Shown piece by piece: positions 1 to 8,708 of a DNA stretch of 53,729 nucleotides. This DNA is from a virus (Duplodnaviria; Caudoviricetes): positions 1 through 53,729 of the IMG/VR virus record IMGVR_UViG_3300036846_000650; one strand, given 5' to 3'. The notes below the pieces were generated by a model that was given only the letters and a program-made list of their open reading frames with translations, was not told the DNA's origin and made no database searches. The first letter of the stretch is position 1. Each line of letters opens with the position of its first letter. Both the position numbers and the translations under genes were made by a program.

Positions 1-700
1 GAGCGCGGAGTACGCGCTGCGCCATGTGTTCGTCGGCGGCGCATCATCGAGCACCGTCTACACGCAGCAGCGGATCGAGGACGGCTACCGGGTCAGCAAC
101 AAGCAGGTGACATGCTCATTTTGGGCCAGAGCGACCGTCGCGGGAATAATCCTCGGGGCTGGCGGTGGCATGGGGGGGATACCGTCATCCGACTCCGGAC
201 AGGTGACCTTGACCACGACCTGGGCGCGCTACTCGGTGACGTTCCATATGCCGTCGATGGCGGGGAATTCTCCCACCTACGGCCTGCTGACGCTCCAGAA
301 TTCCTCCAGTAGCAATTACGACGGGATGTATGGCACCACTGGCGTGCAGTCCGGCACGGTGGACATCTGGAACGTCAAGCTGGAGCTTGGCCCCACGATG
401 ACAGCCCCGGAGAAGATCGACCCGCAGCAAGACCTCGCCAAATGCCAACGCTATTTCCAGGCCAACTTTTTTGCGTTCAATAGTTATTGCGCAGCCGGTG
501 GCCAATTTGGCGGGTCGGTGCCCTTTGCTGTGCCAATGCGTGCGAACCCGACCGTGGCATTCAGTGGAATATCCTACGGAAATTGCGCCAGCCTTACGGC
601 GTCATTCATTGCCGGGGGCGCATTCACCGCCAACGCCAATGCTACGGCTGCGGCAGCGACAACTCTTGCGGCTAGTTACACAGCATCGGCGGACCTCTGA
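1..700 (+). CDS. Fibre/receptor-binding protein, C-terminal part (5'-truncated by the window edge)
   Basis: The frame is open from the window start. Beta-rich CBM-like region followed by QDLAKCQRYFQ and F.VPMRANPTV motifs typical of phage fibre C-termini. Confidence 0.7.
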   Translation, partial: SAEYALRHVFVGGASSSTVYTQQRIEDGYRVSNKQVTCSFWARATVAGIILGAGGGMGGIPSSDSGQVTLTTTWARYSVTFHMPSMAGNSPTYGLLTLQNSSSSNYDGMYGTTGVQSGTVDIWNVKLELGPTMTAPEKIDPQQDLAKCQRYFQANFFAFNSYCAAGGQFGGSVPFAVPMRANPTVAFSGISYGNCASLTASFIAGGAFTANANATAAAATTLAASYTASADL

Positions 701-701
701 C

Positions 702-869
702 ATGGCAAGCGAATATCTCCTCCTTCCCAAGACCTTCCCCGACGCGATGCAGATCGTGCTGCGGGTGGCGACCGGCGAATACATCCCGTTCGATCCCGGC
801 AACAAGGACTATCAGGAATATCTGGCGTGGTGCGCGGAGGGCAACGTGGCGGACGTGAAGGAGCCCTGA
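702..869 (+). CDS. Small fibre-associated/assembly chaperone (55 aa)
   Basis: ATG at 702 just after the fibre stop. The IPFDPGNKDYQEYLAW motif is common in small genes following CQRY-type fibres. Confidence 0.7.
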   Translation: MASEYLLLPKTFPDAMQIVLRVATGEYIPFDPGNKDYQEYLAWCAEGNVADVKEP

Positions 870-870
870 C

Positions 871-1521
871 ATGGCCGATGTGGAAGTCAAGAAGACCGTG
901 GACAAGGTGGCCGACCTGTTGCGCCGAGTGAGCAAGCTCACCGAGTGCGACGTGCTGGTGGGGGTGCCGCAGAGCAATTCCTCGCGCGACAGCGGTCCGG
1001 CCGGCAATGCGCTGCTCGCCTACGTGCACGAGTTCGGCAGCCCGGCCAGGAATATCCCGCCGCGGCCGTTCCTGATCCCTGGCATTCAGAAGGTGAGGGT
1101 GCGGATCACCAAGCTGCTCAAGCAAGCCGGCCTCGACGTGGTGACCGGCAAGCAGGCTAATCCGCTGCAAGCGCTGAAACAGGTCGGCATGATCGCCCGC
1201 AACTCGGTGGTGGAGGAGATCACCGACCCAAATCCCCCATTCACCCCCTTGCAGCCGGCGACCATCCGGGCCCGGCTGCGGCGCACCCAGGCGGGCCGGC
1301 GGCAACTGCGCAAGCTGGCCCAGCGCGGGGTGCGGGTCACTTCCTGGGCGGAAGCCGGCAACATCCATCCGCTGATCGACACCGGCCAGCTTCGCGCCTC
1401 GATCACCTACGTGCTGCGCAGCAATGCGAAGGTGGTGGGCGGGCCACCGCTGCCGGCGGCGATCCAGACTCAAATCAGGGCATCGATGGCGCGCTTGCAG
1501 AGCGTCGGCCAGCGGGGCTGA
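871..1521 (+). CDS. Neck/virion morphogenesis (tail completion) protein
   Basis: VLVGVP, YVHEFGSPARNIPPRPFL and PLIDTGQLRASITY motifs. Confidence 0.85.
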   Translation: MADVEVKKTVDKVADLLRRVSKLTECDVLVGVPQSNSSRDSGPAGNALLAYVHEFGSPARNIPPRPFLIPGIQKVRVRITKLLKQAGLDVVTGKQANPLQALKQVGMIARNSVVEEITDPNPPFTPLQPATIRARLRRTQAGRRQLRKLAQRGVRVTSWAEAGNIHPLIDTGQLRASITYVLRSNAKVVGGPPLPAAIQTQIRASMARLQSVGQRG

Positions 1522-1593
1522 GGCTCCAGGGGCATCATCCTAGCGCCCGGCGGCTGGACGCCCTGTACGGGCTTCCTAGGGGCCTTGGCGGGG

Positions 1594-1812
1594 CTATAGC
1601 AGGCTGGGCTGGTGCACGATCTCGCGGAACTCGCCGGAGGGCAGCTTGACCTTAAACGGCGGTGGCCCTAGCCCAGCGAGGAGCATGGGAGTCTTTGGTA
1701 GCCGCACCCAGGTGCCGGCTTCGGTGAAGTAGCCCCATGGCAAGCCGTCCTCGCCCGGCTCCTTCAACGGCCGCTCATAGGCAAACACATCGGAGGGCAG
1801 GGTGGCACTCAT
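1594..1812 (-). CDS. Hypothetical protein, antisense within the late operon
   Basis: Fills the gap between two structural genes. Its start overlaps the 1802 start head-to-head. Confidence 0.45.
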   Translation of the reverse strand: MSATLPSDVFAYERPLKEPGEDGLPWGYFTEAGTWVRLPKTPMLLAGLGPPPFKVKLPSGEFREIVHQPSLL

Positions 1813-2212
1813 TGGCGTCTCCGAGTTGCTTCTGGACCCGGACTTCGTGGACCCGGTCACCGTGCTGCGGCAGGTGCAGACGGTAGGCGATGACGGGATT
1901 GCGGTCTATGAGGTGCAGTCGATCGACATCCTCGCCTCGATCCAGTCCAACACCGACCGGCTGGAAATGCTGCCCGACCTGTCCCGCACCGAAGGCGCTT
2001 ACGACATCATCACCACCTTTCCGCTGCTCACCGCGACCGATACCAACGGGGCCGATGTCGTGGTCTGGAATGGCCGCCAGCACCGGGTGATCACGATCGG
2101 CCGGTTTGGCAACTTCGCCACCGGCTTCGGTCACTACGAGGGGGTGATGGAGATCATGTCCATCAGCCCGGTGCCGCAGGACGCAACGGCTCCGACGGAA
2201 TACACAGCTTAA
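1802..2212 (+). CDS. Head-tail joining/head closure protein
   Basis: VSELLLDPDF N-terminus, ADVVVWNGRQHRV, GGAGG SD; position in the neck module. Confidence 0.75.
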   Translation: MALIGVSELLLDPDFVDPVTVLRQVQTVGDDGIAVYEVQSIDILASIQSNTDRLEMLPDLSRTEGAYDIITTFPLLTATDTNGADVVVWNGRQHRVITIGRFGNFATGFGHYEGVMEIMSISPVPQDATAPTEYTA

Positions 2213-2236
2213 CTTCATCACCAAGGAGAACTCCCT

Positions 2237-2920
2237 ATGCCAGCCATGCCAGCCGTCATCATCACGCCGGAGCCGGGCGGACCGGCGCACCCAATTGCCC
2301 CCGGTGGCACCACGCCACCCTGGGGCATCGAGGGGCCGACCGATCCTTCCTACGGAATTCCGCTGCCGCCGGTGCATGTCGGCGGTGGTCCTGCGGTGCC
2401 GCCAGCGCATGTCGGTGGCGGACCGATCGTCAATTACCCGGTCGATCCCGGCTACGATCTGCCGGTGCCGCCGAATGTCTGGCCGCAGCCGCCACGTCCG
2501 CCCGGCGTCTGGCCGCCGCCGCAGCCGGTCTATCCCAGCCATCCGATCTACAGCCTACCGGGCCATCCCAGCACCGGGCCGGTGCCGGTGCCGCCCGCAC
2601 CCGGTCAGGGATTGCCACCCGCGGGTGGTACGCCAGAGCATCCGATCGCGCTGCCTCCTGGAGTCGTATGGCCGCCACTGCCGCCGGCAGTGACCGGAAA
2701 GCTCTTGGTATTTTGCTGGATAGTGGGTGTCGGCTATCGCTGGACAGTGATCGACACCACGCTGGAGGTCGGCGGTGGACCGATCATCCCGCCGTCCACA
2801 GTGCCCGGCTACCCGAGCCATCAGCCGGTGCCGTCTCCGGGGCACCCTAGTCATCCGCTGCCGCCGGCTCCGGCACGGCCGGACCAGGAGTTGCCACCGA
2901 CCGCGCAGCCACGGCGCTAA
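2237..2920 (+). CDS. Pro/His-rich repetitive protein of unknown function
   Basis: AAGGAG SD at 2223; repeated PxHPI, VGGGP and VWP motifs. Confidence 0.75.
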   Translation: MPAMPAVIITPEPGGPAHPIAPGGTTPPWGIEGPTDPSYGIPLPPVHVGGGPAVPPAHVGGGPIVNYPVDPGYDLPVPPNVWPQPPRPPGVWPPPQPVYPSHPIYSLPGHPSTGPVPVPPAPGQGLPPAGGTPEHPIALPPGVVWPPLPPAVTGKLLVFCWIVGVGYRWTVIDTTLEVGGGPIIPPSTVPGYPSHQPVPSPGHPSHPLPPAPARPDQELPPTAQPRR

Positions 2921-3147
2921 TGCCCGAAGAACACATCACAGTAGCCGAACAGGCACAGGCGGCGGGGGCAACTCCGCCGTCTACCACCTTCGATCCGCTC
3001 GATGAGCTTCGTGCGTACGTGACCGCCTTCATCATGGCGCAGCCGGGCGATCCGGACAGCCTGCCGCTCATGCACGCGAGGATGAAGCTAGAAGAACTGA
3101 TCCATTGGATCAGGGCGCACCAGATGGCGGCGGCACGCAATAAATGA
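2920..3147 (+). CDS. Small helical-hairpin protein, weakly Acb2/Tad1-like
   Basis: TAATG-coupled to the previous gene. ARMKLEELIHW resembles the AxTKLEEAxMW motif. Confidence 0.55.
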   Translation: MPEEHITVAEQAQAAGATPPSTTFDPLDELRAYVTAFIMAQPGDPDSLPLMHARMKLEELIHWIRAHQMAAARNK

Positions 3148-3794
3148 GCGAGACCAACACCTCTGCTACCGGCGGCTACATCATCGACCGCCCGCCGGTC
3201 CCGCCTACCGGTACGCAGATCACCGCGGCGCTTCAGCAGATGGTGGCGCAGCTTGCCGATCTGCCGGGGACACTGGTGAGGCCACGCTGGCAGCCGGTGC
3301 CACCCACACAGCCCAGCGCGGACACCACCTGGGCCGCTGTGGGGGTGACGATGACCGAAGTGGACGAATACCCCTACATCATCCACGACCCCACCACGAC
3401 GCTGCCAGGGCAGCCCAATCCCGGTGTCGATCGGATGACGCGGTGGTCCACGCTTACCGTGATGGTGAGCTTCTACGGGCCGGAGGCGGACGACTGCGCG
3501 GCGCGCTTCCGGGACGCCTTCTATGTCGGGCAAAACTGGGAGCCGCTGTCGGCGCTCGGGCTGAAGATGTACTCGGTGCATGACCTCGTGCGCGCGGCCG
3601 AAATCATCAATCAGCAATTCATCGACCGGTTCGACTTGCGGATGGAGCTTCGTCAGCAGATCGATCGGGTGTATCCGATCTTCGACATCGCCGCAGCGAA
3701 TGTTGGCGTGGATGGTGGCGACAACGCCGATGGCAGCGAGGGCGTCACGCGGGTCATCCAGGTGGACGAAGGCACGATCATCTGGGAGCCCTAG
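3144..3794 (+). CDS. Tail/neck terminator protein
   Basis: NTSATGGY start, LVRPRWQP and VSFYGP motifs; precedes the sheath gene. Confidence 0.8.
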   Translation: MSETNTSATGGYIIDRPPVPPTGTQITAALQQMVAQLADLPGTLVRPRWQPVPPTQPSADTTWAAVGVTMTEVDEYPYIIHDPTTTLPGQPNPGVDRMTRWSTLTVMVSFYGPEADDCAARFRDAFYVGQNWEPLSALGLKMYSVHDLVRAAEIINQQFIDRFDLRMELRQQIDRVYPIFDIAAANVGVDGGDNADGSEGVTRVIQVDEGTIIWEP

Positions 3795-3862
3795 GTGGCC
3801 GACGCCACCAAGATCACCAGAAACAGCCCGATAATTCCGAGTAGGATGATTTCGCTGCCCAT
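3791..3862 (-). CDS. 23-aa hydrophobic peptide (MGSEIILLGIIGLFLVILVASAT)
   Basis: ATG directly follows the stop of the 3863-4066 ORF; single TM-like stretch. Confidence 0.35.
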   Translation of the reverse strand: MGSEIILLGIIGLFLVILVASAT

Positions 3863-4066
3863 CTAAGGCTTGGCTTTGTTTTGCCCCGGCACCGGAACTA
3901 CCACGGCACGGTAGCCAAGTCTTGTGAATTCGGCGCGCAGTTCGTCGCCAGTCAGCCCGACGCACCAGTGCAGGATCGGTGCCGCCTCGACGCAGCGGTC
4001 GGTCACCTCGTTGTAGACGAGCCCGGCAACGAAGCTGTCGTCACGTCCCCTCACCCTAACCAGCAC
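3863..4066 (-). CDS. Small conserved-looking phage hypothetical protein
   Basis: GTG start overlapping the HNH gene end; FVAGL...AAPILHW pattern. Confidence 0.6.
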   Translation of the reverse strand: MLVRVRGRDDSFVAGLVYNEVTDRCVEAAPILHWCVGLTGDELRAEFTRLGYRAVVVPVPGQNKAKP

Positions 4067-4541
4067 GGAAGAACTCCCCGAAATGCCGTTGAGCGGCCTG
4101 GATATAGGCGGCGCGTGCCTCAGCGACTGTATCGAATACACCTATGAATTTGCGTTTCCTGTTTAGGTAGATCGCAGTCTGGAATTTATCCCGACACCGT
4201 TGAACACCTTTCGGAAGGTCATGATTACGGCGGCGTCGGCTGTTCTGACTGTTCTGGGCCTTAGTGGCTTCGCGCAGATTGGTCCAGCGGTTGTTAAAAT
4301 GATCACCATCGTGATGGTCAATTAAGCCGGTCGGATCACGGCCTGTCGCGATTTTCCAGATGATCCGCGACGCTTTGTAAAGGACACGGTCAAGGCGGAC
4401 TAAGACGCCAACTTTCTCGGCCGGGCAGCCCGCTACCTTTCCGGCGAATTGTCCACAACGCCAACGCAGTAAGCCGGTTTCCGGCTCATAGGCAAAACTC
4501 CGTCGCAGATAGTCCGCTTCGGGCAATGGCTTCGCGCGCAT
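4056..4541 (-). CDS. HNH homing endonuclease with AP2-like C-terminal domain
   Basis: YEPETGLLRW, IDHHDGDHFNNRWTNLREAT..QN, GV, IGVFDTVAEARAAY...HFGEF. Confidence 0.92.
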   Translation of the reverse strand: MRAKPLPEADYLRRSFAYEPETGLLRWRCGQFAGKVAGCPAEKVGVLVRLDRVLYKASRIIWKIATGRDPTGLIDHHDGDHFNNRWTNLREATKAQNSQNSRRRRNHDLPKGVQRCRDKFQTAIYLNRKRKFIGVFDTVAEARAAYIQAAQRHFGEFFRAG

Positions 4542-4570
4542 CCCGTAGTCTAACACCAAGGAGAAAAGCC

Positions 4571-7021
4571 GTGCCAGGATTGAGTGTAAGCGATGTAGTT
4601 AACGTCACCATCAACATGAGCCCGCTGGCGGTGCCACTGCGCAATTTCGGCGCGCAGCTATTCGCCGGTCCGTCGGCGGTGATCGATGTCAAGGAGCGGC
4701 TGCGGGAATATACCACGCTGGATCAGGTGGTGTCGGATTTCGGCACCGCCGCGCCGGAATATCTGGCGGCTGATTTGTTTTTCTCGCAGAGCCCGCAGCC
4801 CAGCATCTGCTACATCGGCCGGTTCGCGCAGACCGCCTCCAGCGCGGTGCTGCACGGCAGGATATTCAGCACCGCTGGCTCCGCGGCGCTGATCCGCCAG
4901 ATGCAGCAGATCACCAACGGCTCGATGCGGATCACGGTGGACGGCACGGTCCGCACCGCTTCGGCGGTGGCGGCCTACCTGAACGGCGGGGTGTTCTCGG
5001 CCGGCAATCAGGCCCCGCTGCTCACCACGCTGCAAGCGATCCTTGATGGTGCCTTCGGCATAACGATCGATGGCACGGCGCGGCAGATCAATCGCACGGC
5101 CGGGGTGATCGTCGGCGGGGCTACCGCTTCGGCCGATCAGGGGGCTCTGCTGACCAGCTTGCAGGCGATCACCGACGGCGGCTTTGCCATGACCATCGAT
5201 GGCACGTTGCGGCAGGTAGGCCCGATCGACTTCACCACCGCGGTCAATCTGGTGTCGTGCGCGGCGCTGATCGACGGCGAGCTTGGCTCCTGGGGCGACT
5301 GCAAGTGGGACGCCACCAATGGCACCTTTATCATCAGTTCGGCGACCTCGGGCGTTGCCTCGACGGTCACCTACGCCTCCGCGCCGCTCGCCGGCACCGA
5401 CATTTCGACCATCCTCCTGATGACTTCGGCCTCCGGGGCGGGTGCGCCGGTGGCGGGTGCCGCGGCCGGGATCGACTTCGCGGCGACGCAGTCGCTCGCC
5501 GACTGCGCGGCGCTGATCAACGTGGCGATGGCGGGCTGGGGTGGCTGCACTTGGGATGGGGTGATCGGCCGTTTCATCCTGACCTCGGCGACCACGGGGG
5601 CCGCTTCCACGATCACCTATGCGACCCCTCCGGGCACCGTGATCACCACCACCACCACCGCCGCGGTTGTCGCTGGGGACACAGTGATCCCGGTCGCGTC
5701 GGCTACCGGCATGGCAAACGGGATGGCGATTTCCGGCACAGGCATTCCGGCCGGCACGGTGATCAACACAATTGCCGGGCTCAATATCACGATCTCGAAT
5801 GCGACCACCGGCAGCGGCGTGGCGAACGGTGCGACGATCACGGTCACCTCCGCTGGGGCTGGCACCGACCTGTCGGCTCCACTGCAACTCACCTCGGCGA
5901 CCGGGGCGACTGCGCCAGTTGCGGGCAGCACCGGGATGAACTTCGCCGCGATCACCAACTTGAACGGCGCAGCCAGCATCATCCAGGCGGCGCTGCCCGG
6001 CGCATCGGTGGAATGGGACGGCACTCGCTTCCATATTTCCAGCCTCTCGGCCGGGCCCAACTCGACGCTGAGCTACGCGTCATCGGCGGGCACCGGGCAG
6101 GACATCTCGCTGATGACCGGCCTGTCGCAGGCGGGCGGGGCCACTCCACCGGTGAACGGGGTGAGTGCGGAGAGCCCGCTGCAAGCGGCGGCGGCGCTGC
6201 GCGCGCATCCGGAATGGTATGGGATGCAATTTGCGGTCACCACCGACATCTCGATCGATGACTACGTGGCGGTGGCGCAGTTCATCGAGGGGTGCTCGCC
6301 GTCCAGCATCTTTGGCTACACCACGATGGACACTGCGGCGCTCGATCCGACCAGCACCACCGACCTCGCGGCGACGCTGAAATCCTACACCCTGGAGCGC
6401 ACCTACGGGCAGTACAGCAGCAGTTCGCCGTATGCCAGCGCGAGCCTTGTGGCCAGGGCGTTCACCGTGGACTTCGAGGCCAACAACACCACCATCACCT
6501 TGAAGTTCAAACAGGAGCCGGGCGTCCAGGGCGAGCAGTTGACCGAGAGTCAGGCGGCGGCACTCAAGGGCAAGAACTGCAACGTGTTTGTCTACTACAG
6601 CAATGACGCTGCGATCATCCAGGAAGGGGTGATGTGCAACGGATTTTTCTTCGATGAGGTGCACGGGACGGACTGGCAAGCCAACAGGATACAGACCGAT
6701 CTGTTCAACGTGCTGTATCAGTCACCGACGAAAATTCCCCAAACAAATCCAGGCATCCACATCCTGGTGACCACGGTCACCGCGTCACTCAATCAGGGCG
6801 TGGTGAATGGGCTGATCGCACCGGGGCAGTGGAATGCGCCCGGTTTCGGCCAGTTGAAGCAGGGGCAGATACTACCGGACGGCTTCTATGTCTGGGCTCC
6901 GCTGGTGGAGAGCCAGCCGCAGGCAATCCGCGAGCAACGGATCGCACCGACCATCCAAGCCGCGATCAAGCTCGCGGGTGCGGTGCACAAGGCCAACGTC
7001 ATCGTCAACGTTAATCGCTAA
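4571..7021 (+). CDS. Contractile tail sheath protein (DUF3383 type), expanded to 816 aa
   Basis: AAGGAG SD then GTG at 4571; GLSVSDVVNV, FFSQSPQP, TITLKFKQEPG, KIPQT and LAGAVH motifs. Confidence 0.92.
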   Translation: MPGLSVSDVVNVTINMSPLAVPLRNFGAQLFAGPSAVIDVKERLREYTTLDQVVSDFGTAAPEYLAADLFFSQSPQPSICYIGRFAQTASSAVLHGRIFSTAGSAALIRQMQQITNGSMRITVDGTVRTASAVAAYLNGGVFSAGNQAPLLTTLQAILDGAFGITIDGTARQINRTAGVIVGGATASADQGALLTSLQAITDGGFAMTIDGTLRQVGPIDFTTAVNLVSCAALIDGELGSWGDCKWDATNGTFIISSATSGVASTVTYASAPLAGTDISTILLMTSASGAGAPVAGAAAGIDFAATQSLADCAALINVAMAGWGGCTWDGVIGRFILTSATTGAASTITYATPPGTVITTTTTAAVVAGDTVIPVASATGMANGMAISGTGIPAGTVINTIAGLNITISNATTGSGVANGATITVTSAGAGTDLSAPLQLTSATGATAPVAGSTGMNFAAITNLNGAASIIQAALPGASVEWDGTRFHISSLSAGPNSTLSYASSAGTGQDISLMTGLSQAGGATPPVNGVSAESPLQAAAALRAHPEWYGMQFAVTTDISIDDYVAVAQFIEGCSPSSIFGYTTMDTAALDPTSTTDLAATLKSYTLERTYGQYSSSSPYASASLVARAFTVDFEANNTTITLKFKQEPGVQGEQLTESQAAALKGKNCNVFVYYSNDAAIIQEGVMCNGFFFDEVHGTDWQANRIQTDLFNVLYQSPTKIPQTNPGIHILVTTVTASLNQGVVNGLIAPGQWNAPGFGQLKQGQILPDGFYVWAPLVESQPQAIREQRIAPTIQAAIKLAGAVHKANVIVNVNR

Positions 7022-7222
7022 GTGCGCCGTCGCCCGCTGACCGTGGTGCTGGTGGTCGCGGCGACGATCGTGCTGACCGCTGCGCTCAAGTGGGTCGATC
7101 CAAACTGGCCGATCTGTTGGACCTGTGTCCGGGCGGCGCAGCCGCGATGCCCACCGCCGAAACGGATCATCCTGCGGGTGCAGCGGGACGGCACCGCGCA
7201 GATGTTCTGCGTCACTCCGTAG
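7022..7222 (+). CDS. Small membrane-anchored Cys-containing protein
   Basis: Basic N-terminus, TM helix, four Cys; abuts the sheath stop. Confidence 0.45.
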   Translation: MRRRPLTVVLVVAATIVLTAALKWVDPNWPICWTCVRAAQPRCPPPKRIILRVQRDGTAQMFCVTP

Positions 7223-7529
7223 GCAACGGCTCCAAAGGCCAGCCATTTCGTCGCGCCCGCCAGCGTCGCCGATAGAGGTTGGCTTTCTCGACATTGGCCC
7301 GCCGCCACTCGCCGGCATATTCCGGATGTGTGTCGCGAAATCTAGCATTCTTGGCGGCGACTTCATCCGGATTTTTCTCCTGCCAGTCTTGGGTCCATTC
7401 GAGCACGCATTGCCGGCAGCCTTTTGTGCTGACCCAACGCTCGGAAATATGGCCGTGAATGCACGGTCTTCCGGTGAAGTAGCGCTTCAGCCCGCGCTGT
7501 TGCGCGGCTGCACGACTGATCGTCCGCAT
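7212..7529 (-). CDS. Zn-binding N-terminal domain of phage HNH-type proteins, no nuclease domain
   Basis: GLKRYFTGRPCIHGHISER...CRQC; GGAG SD; no HNH motif. Confidence 0.75.
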   Translation of the reverse strand: MRTISRAAAQQRGLKRYFTGRPCIHGHISERWVSTKGCRQCVLEWTQDWQEKNPDEVAAKNARFRDTHPEYAGEWRRANVEKANLYRRRWRARRNGWPLEPLPTE

Positions 7530-7558
7530 ACCTAATCTCCAACAACAAGGAGGCTTCC

Positions 7559-8026
7559 TTGGCTGTATATTCCTTCATTGATGTGGCAGCAACGATCACG
7601 GGACCCGGTGGGTCCTTTTCGTTGGGCTATGGTTCTGGCAATGCTGAAGAAGGCATCAGCATCGCAATGACCGAGGATAAGAACACAATGACCATCGGCG
7701 CGGATGGGAGCGTGATGCACTCCCTCCACGCCGGCAATGGCGGCACGGTCACCATCCGCTTCTTGAAGACCTCGCCCACCAATCAGCAGCTTGCGGTGAT
7801 GTATGACCTGCAACGCGTGTCGTCGGCGTTGTGGGGCCAGAACACCATCGTGGTGAGCGATCCCGCGCGCGGCGATCAGATCAGTTGCTCGCAGGTCGCC
7901 TTCCAGCGCTGGCCGAATGTCACCTACGCCAAAGACGGCGGAATGCAGGAATGGGCGTTTCATTGCGGCGTCATCACCGGCGTCCTGGGTGACGGCACGT
8001 CGGGCGTTGCCAACGTGGTGCAATAG
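7559..8026 (+). CDS. Tail tube protein (DUF3277 type)
   Basis: AAGGAGG SD with TTG start; YSFIDV, EEGISI, MTIGADG and LKTSPTN motifs. Confidence 0.9.
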   Translation: MAVYSFIDVAATITGPGGSFSLGYGSGNAEEGISIAMTEDKNTMTIGADGSVMHSLHAGNGGTVTIRFLKTSPTNQQLAVMYDLQRVSSALWGQNTIVVSDPARGDQISCSQVAFQRWPNVTYAKDGGMQEWAFHCGVITGVLGDGTSGVANVVQ

Positions 8027-8028
8027 CC

Positions 8029-8526
8029 ATGTTGGAATTCAACGTCGGGGAGCACCGCTATCGCGCGCGGAAGATGAACGCGCGGCAGCAATTCCACGTG
8101 GCGCGCCGGCTCGGGCCGCTGTTCAATCAGCTACTGCAACTCGGCCCGGCGATTGCCAATCTGACGCCGGGCACGATGGGCGACGCGGAGGCCAACAAGG
8201 TATTCGAGGAGGCGCTGGGAGCCTTCACCAGCGCGCTCGCCAAGATACCGGACCAAGACTGCGACTATGTGCTGGACCGCTGCATGGAGGTGTCACAGCG
8301 CCTGCAAGGCGGCAACGGCTCGGGGCAGTCGGTGTGGGCGGACGTGTGGAATTCCCGGCTCGGCCGGATGATGTTTGAGGACATCGACGTGGCCGAGATG
8401 TTCAACATTGCCGGGGAGGTCTTGCGGGACAATCTCTCGGGTTTTTTCAGTATAATGCCCGGGCCGAGTCCGAACGGGGCGGATACGGAGCCGTCGCATC
8501 AGGCGATCCCGGCTTCCGTGCAGTGA
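8029..8526 (+). CDS. Tail assembly chaperone (G-like)
   Basis: YRARKMNARQQFHVARRL; follows the tube gene; contains a slippery site. Confidence 0.85.
   Translation: MLEFNVGEHRYRARKMNARQQFHVARRLGPLFNQLLQLGPAIANLTPGTMGDAEANKVFEEALGAFTSALAKIPDQDCDYVLDRCMEVSQRLQGGNGSGQSVWADVWNSRLGRMMFEDIDVAEMFNIAGEVLRDNLSGFFSIMPGPSPNGADTEPSHQAIPASVQ
8439..8448 (+). other. Programmed -1 ribosomal frameshift site GGGTTTTTTC
   Basis: G_GGT_TTT and T_TTT_TTC heptamers are in phase. The -1 frame is open for 26 codons into the 8523-8708 ORF. Confidence 0.75.
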
Positions 8527-8708
8527 CCCTTGCGGACGGGGAATTCTACCTGATGCGCCCAGCACTTGCTGGGGTGTATCGGATGGAAAGCCTGCTCGAC
8601 GGCTCACTGGACCTGGAGGCCGTCACCTTGGCGAACGACGCGCTTGACGTGCAGCAGGAAAATGAGCGGCGCTATCGCTCGATGATGGAGCGGGAGACCC
8701 GGCAATGA
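8523..8708 (+). CDS. Tail assembly chaperone second part (T-like)
   Basis: YLMRP...SLLDGSLDL...LANDALDV..ENE motif; lies in the -1 frame of the preceding gene. Confidence 0.8.
   Translation: MTLADGEFYLMRPALAGVYRMESLLDGSLDLEAVTLANDALDVQQENERRYRSMMERETRQ

Noticed and set aside
4658-6261. Long alternative-frame and antisense ORFs here and elsewhere (for example 26958-27671, 35723-36508)
   Set aside because: Arg/Gly/Pro-rich shadows expected from high GC3 codon bias; no motifs or SD sequences.
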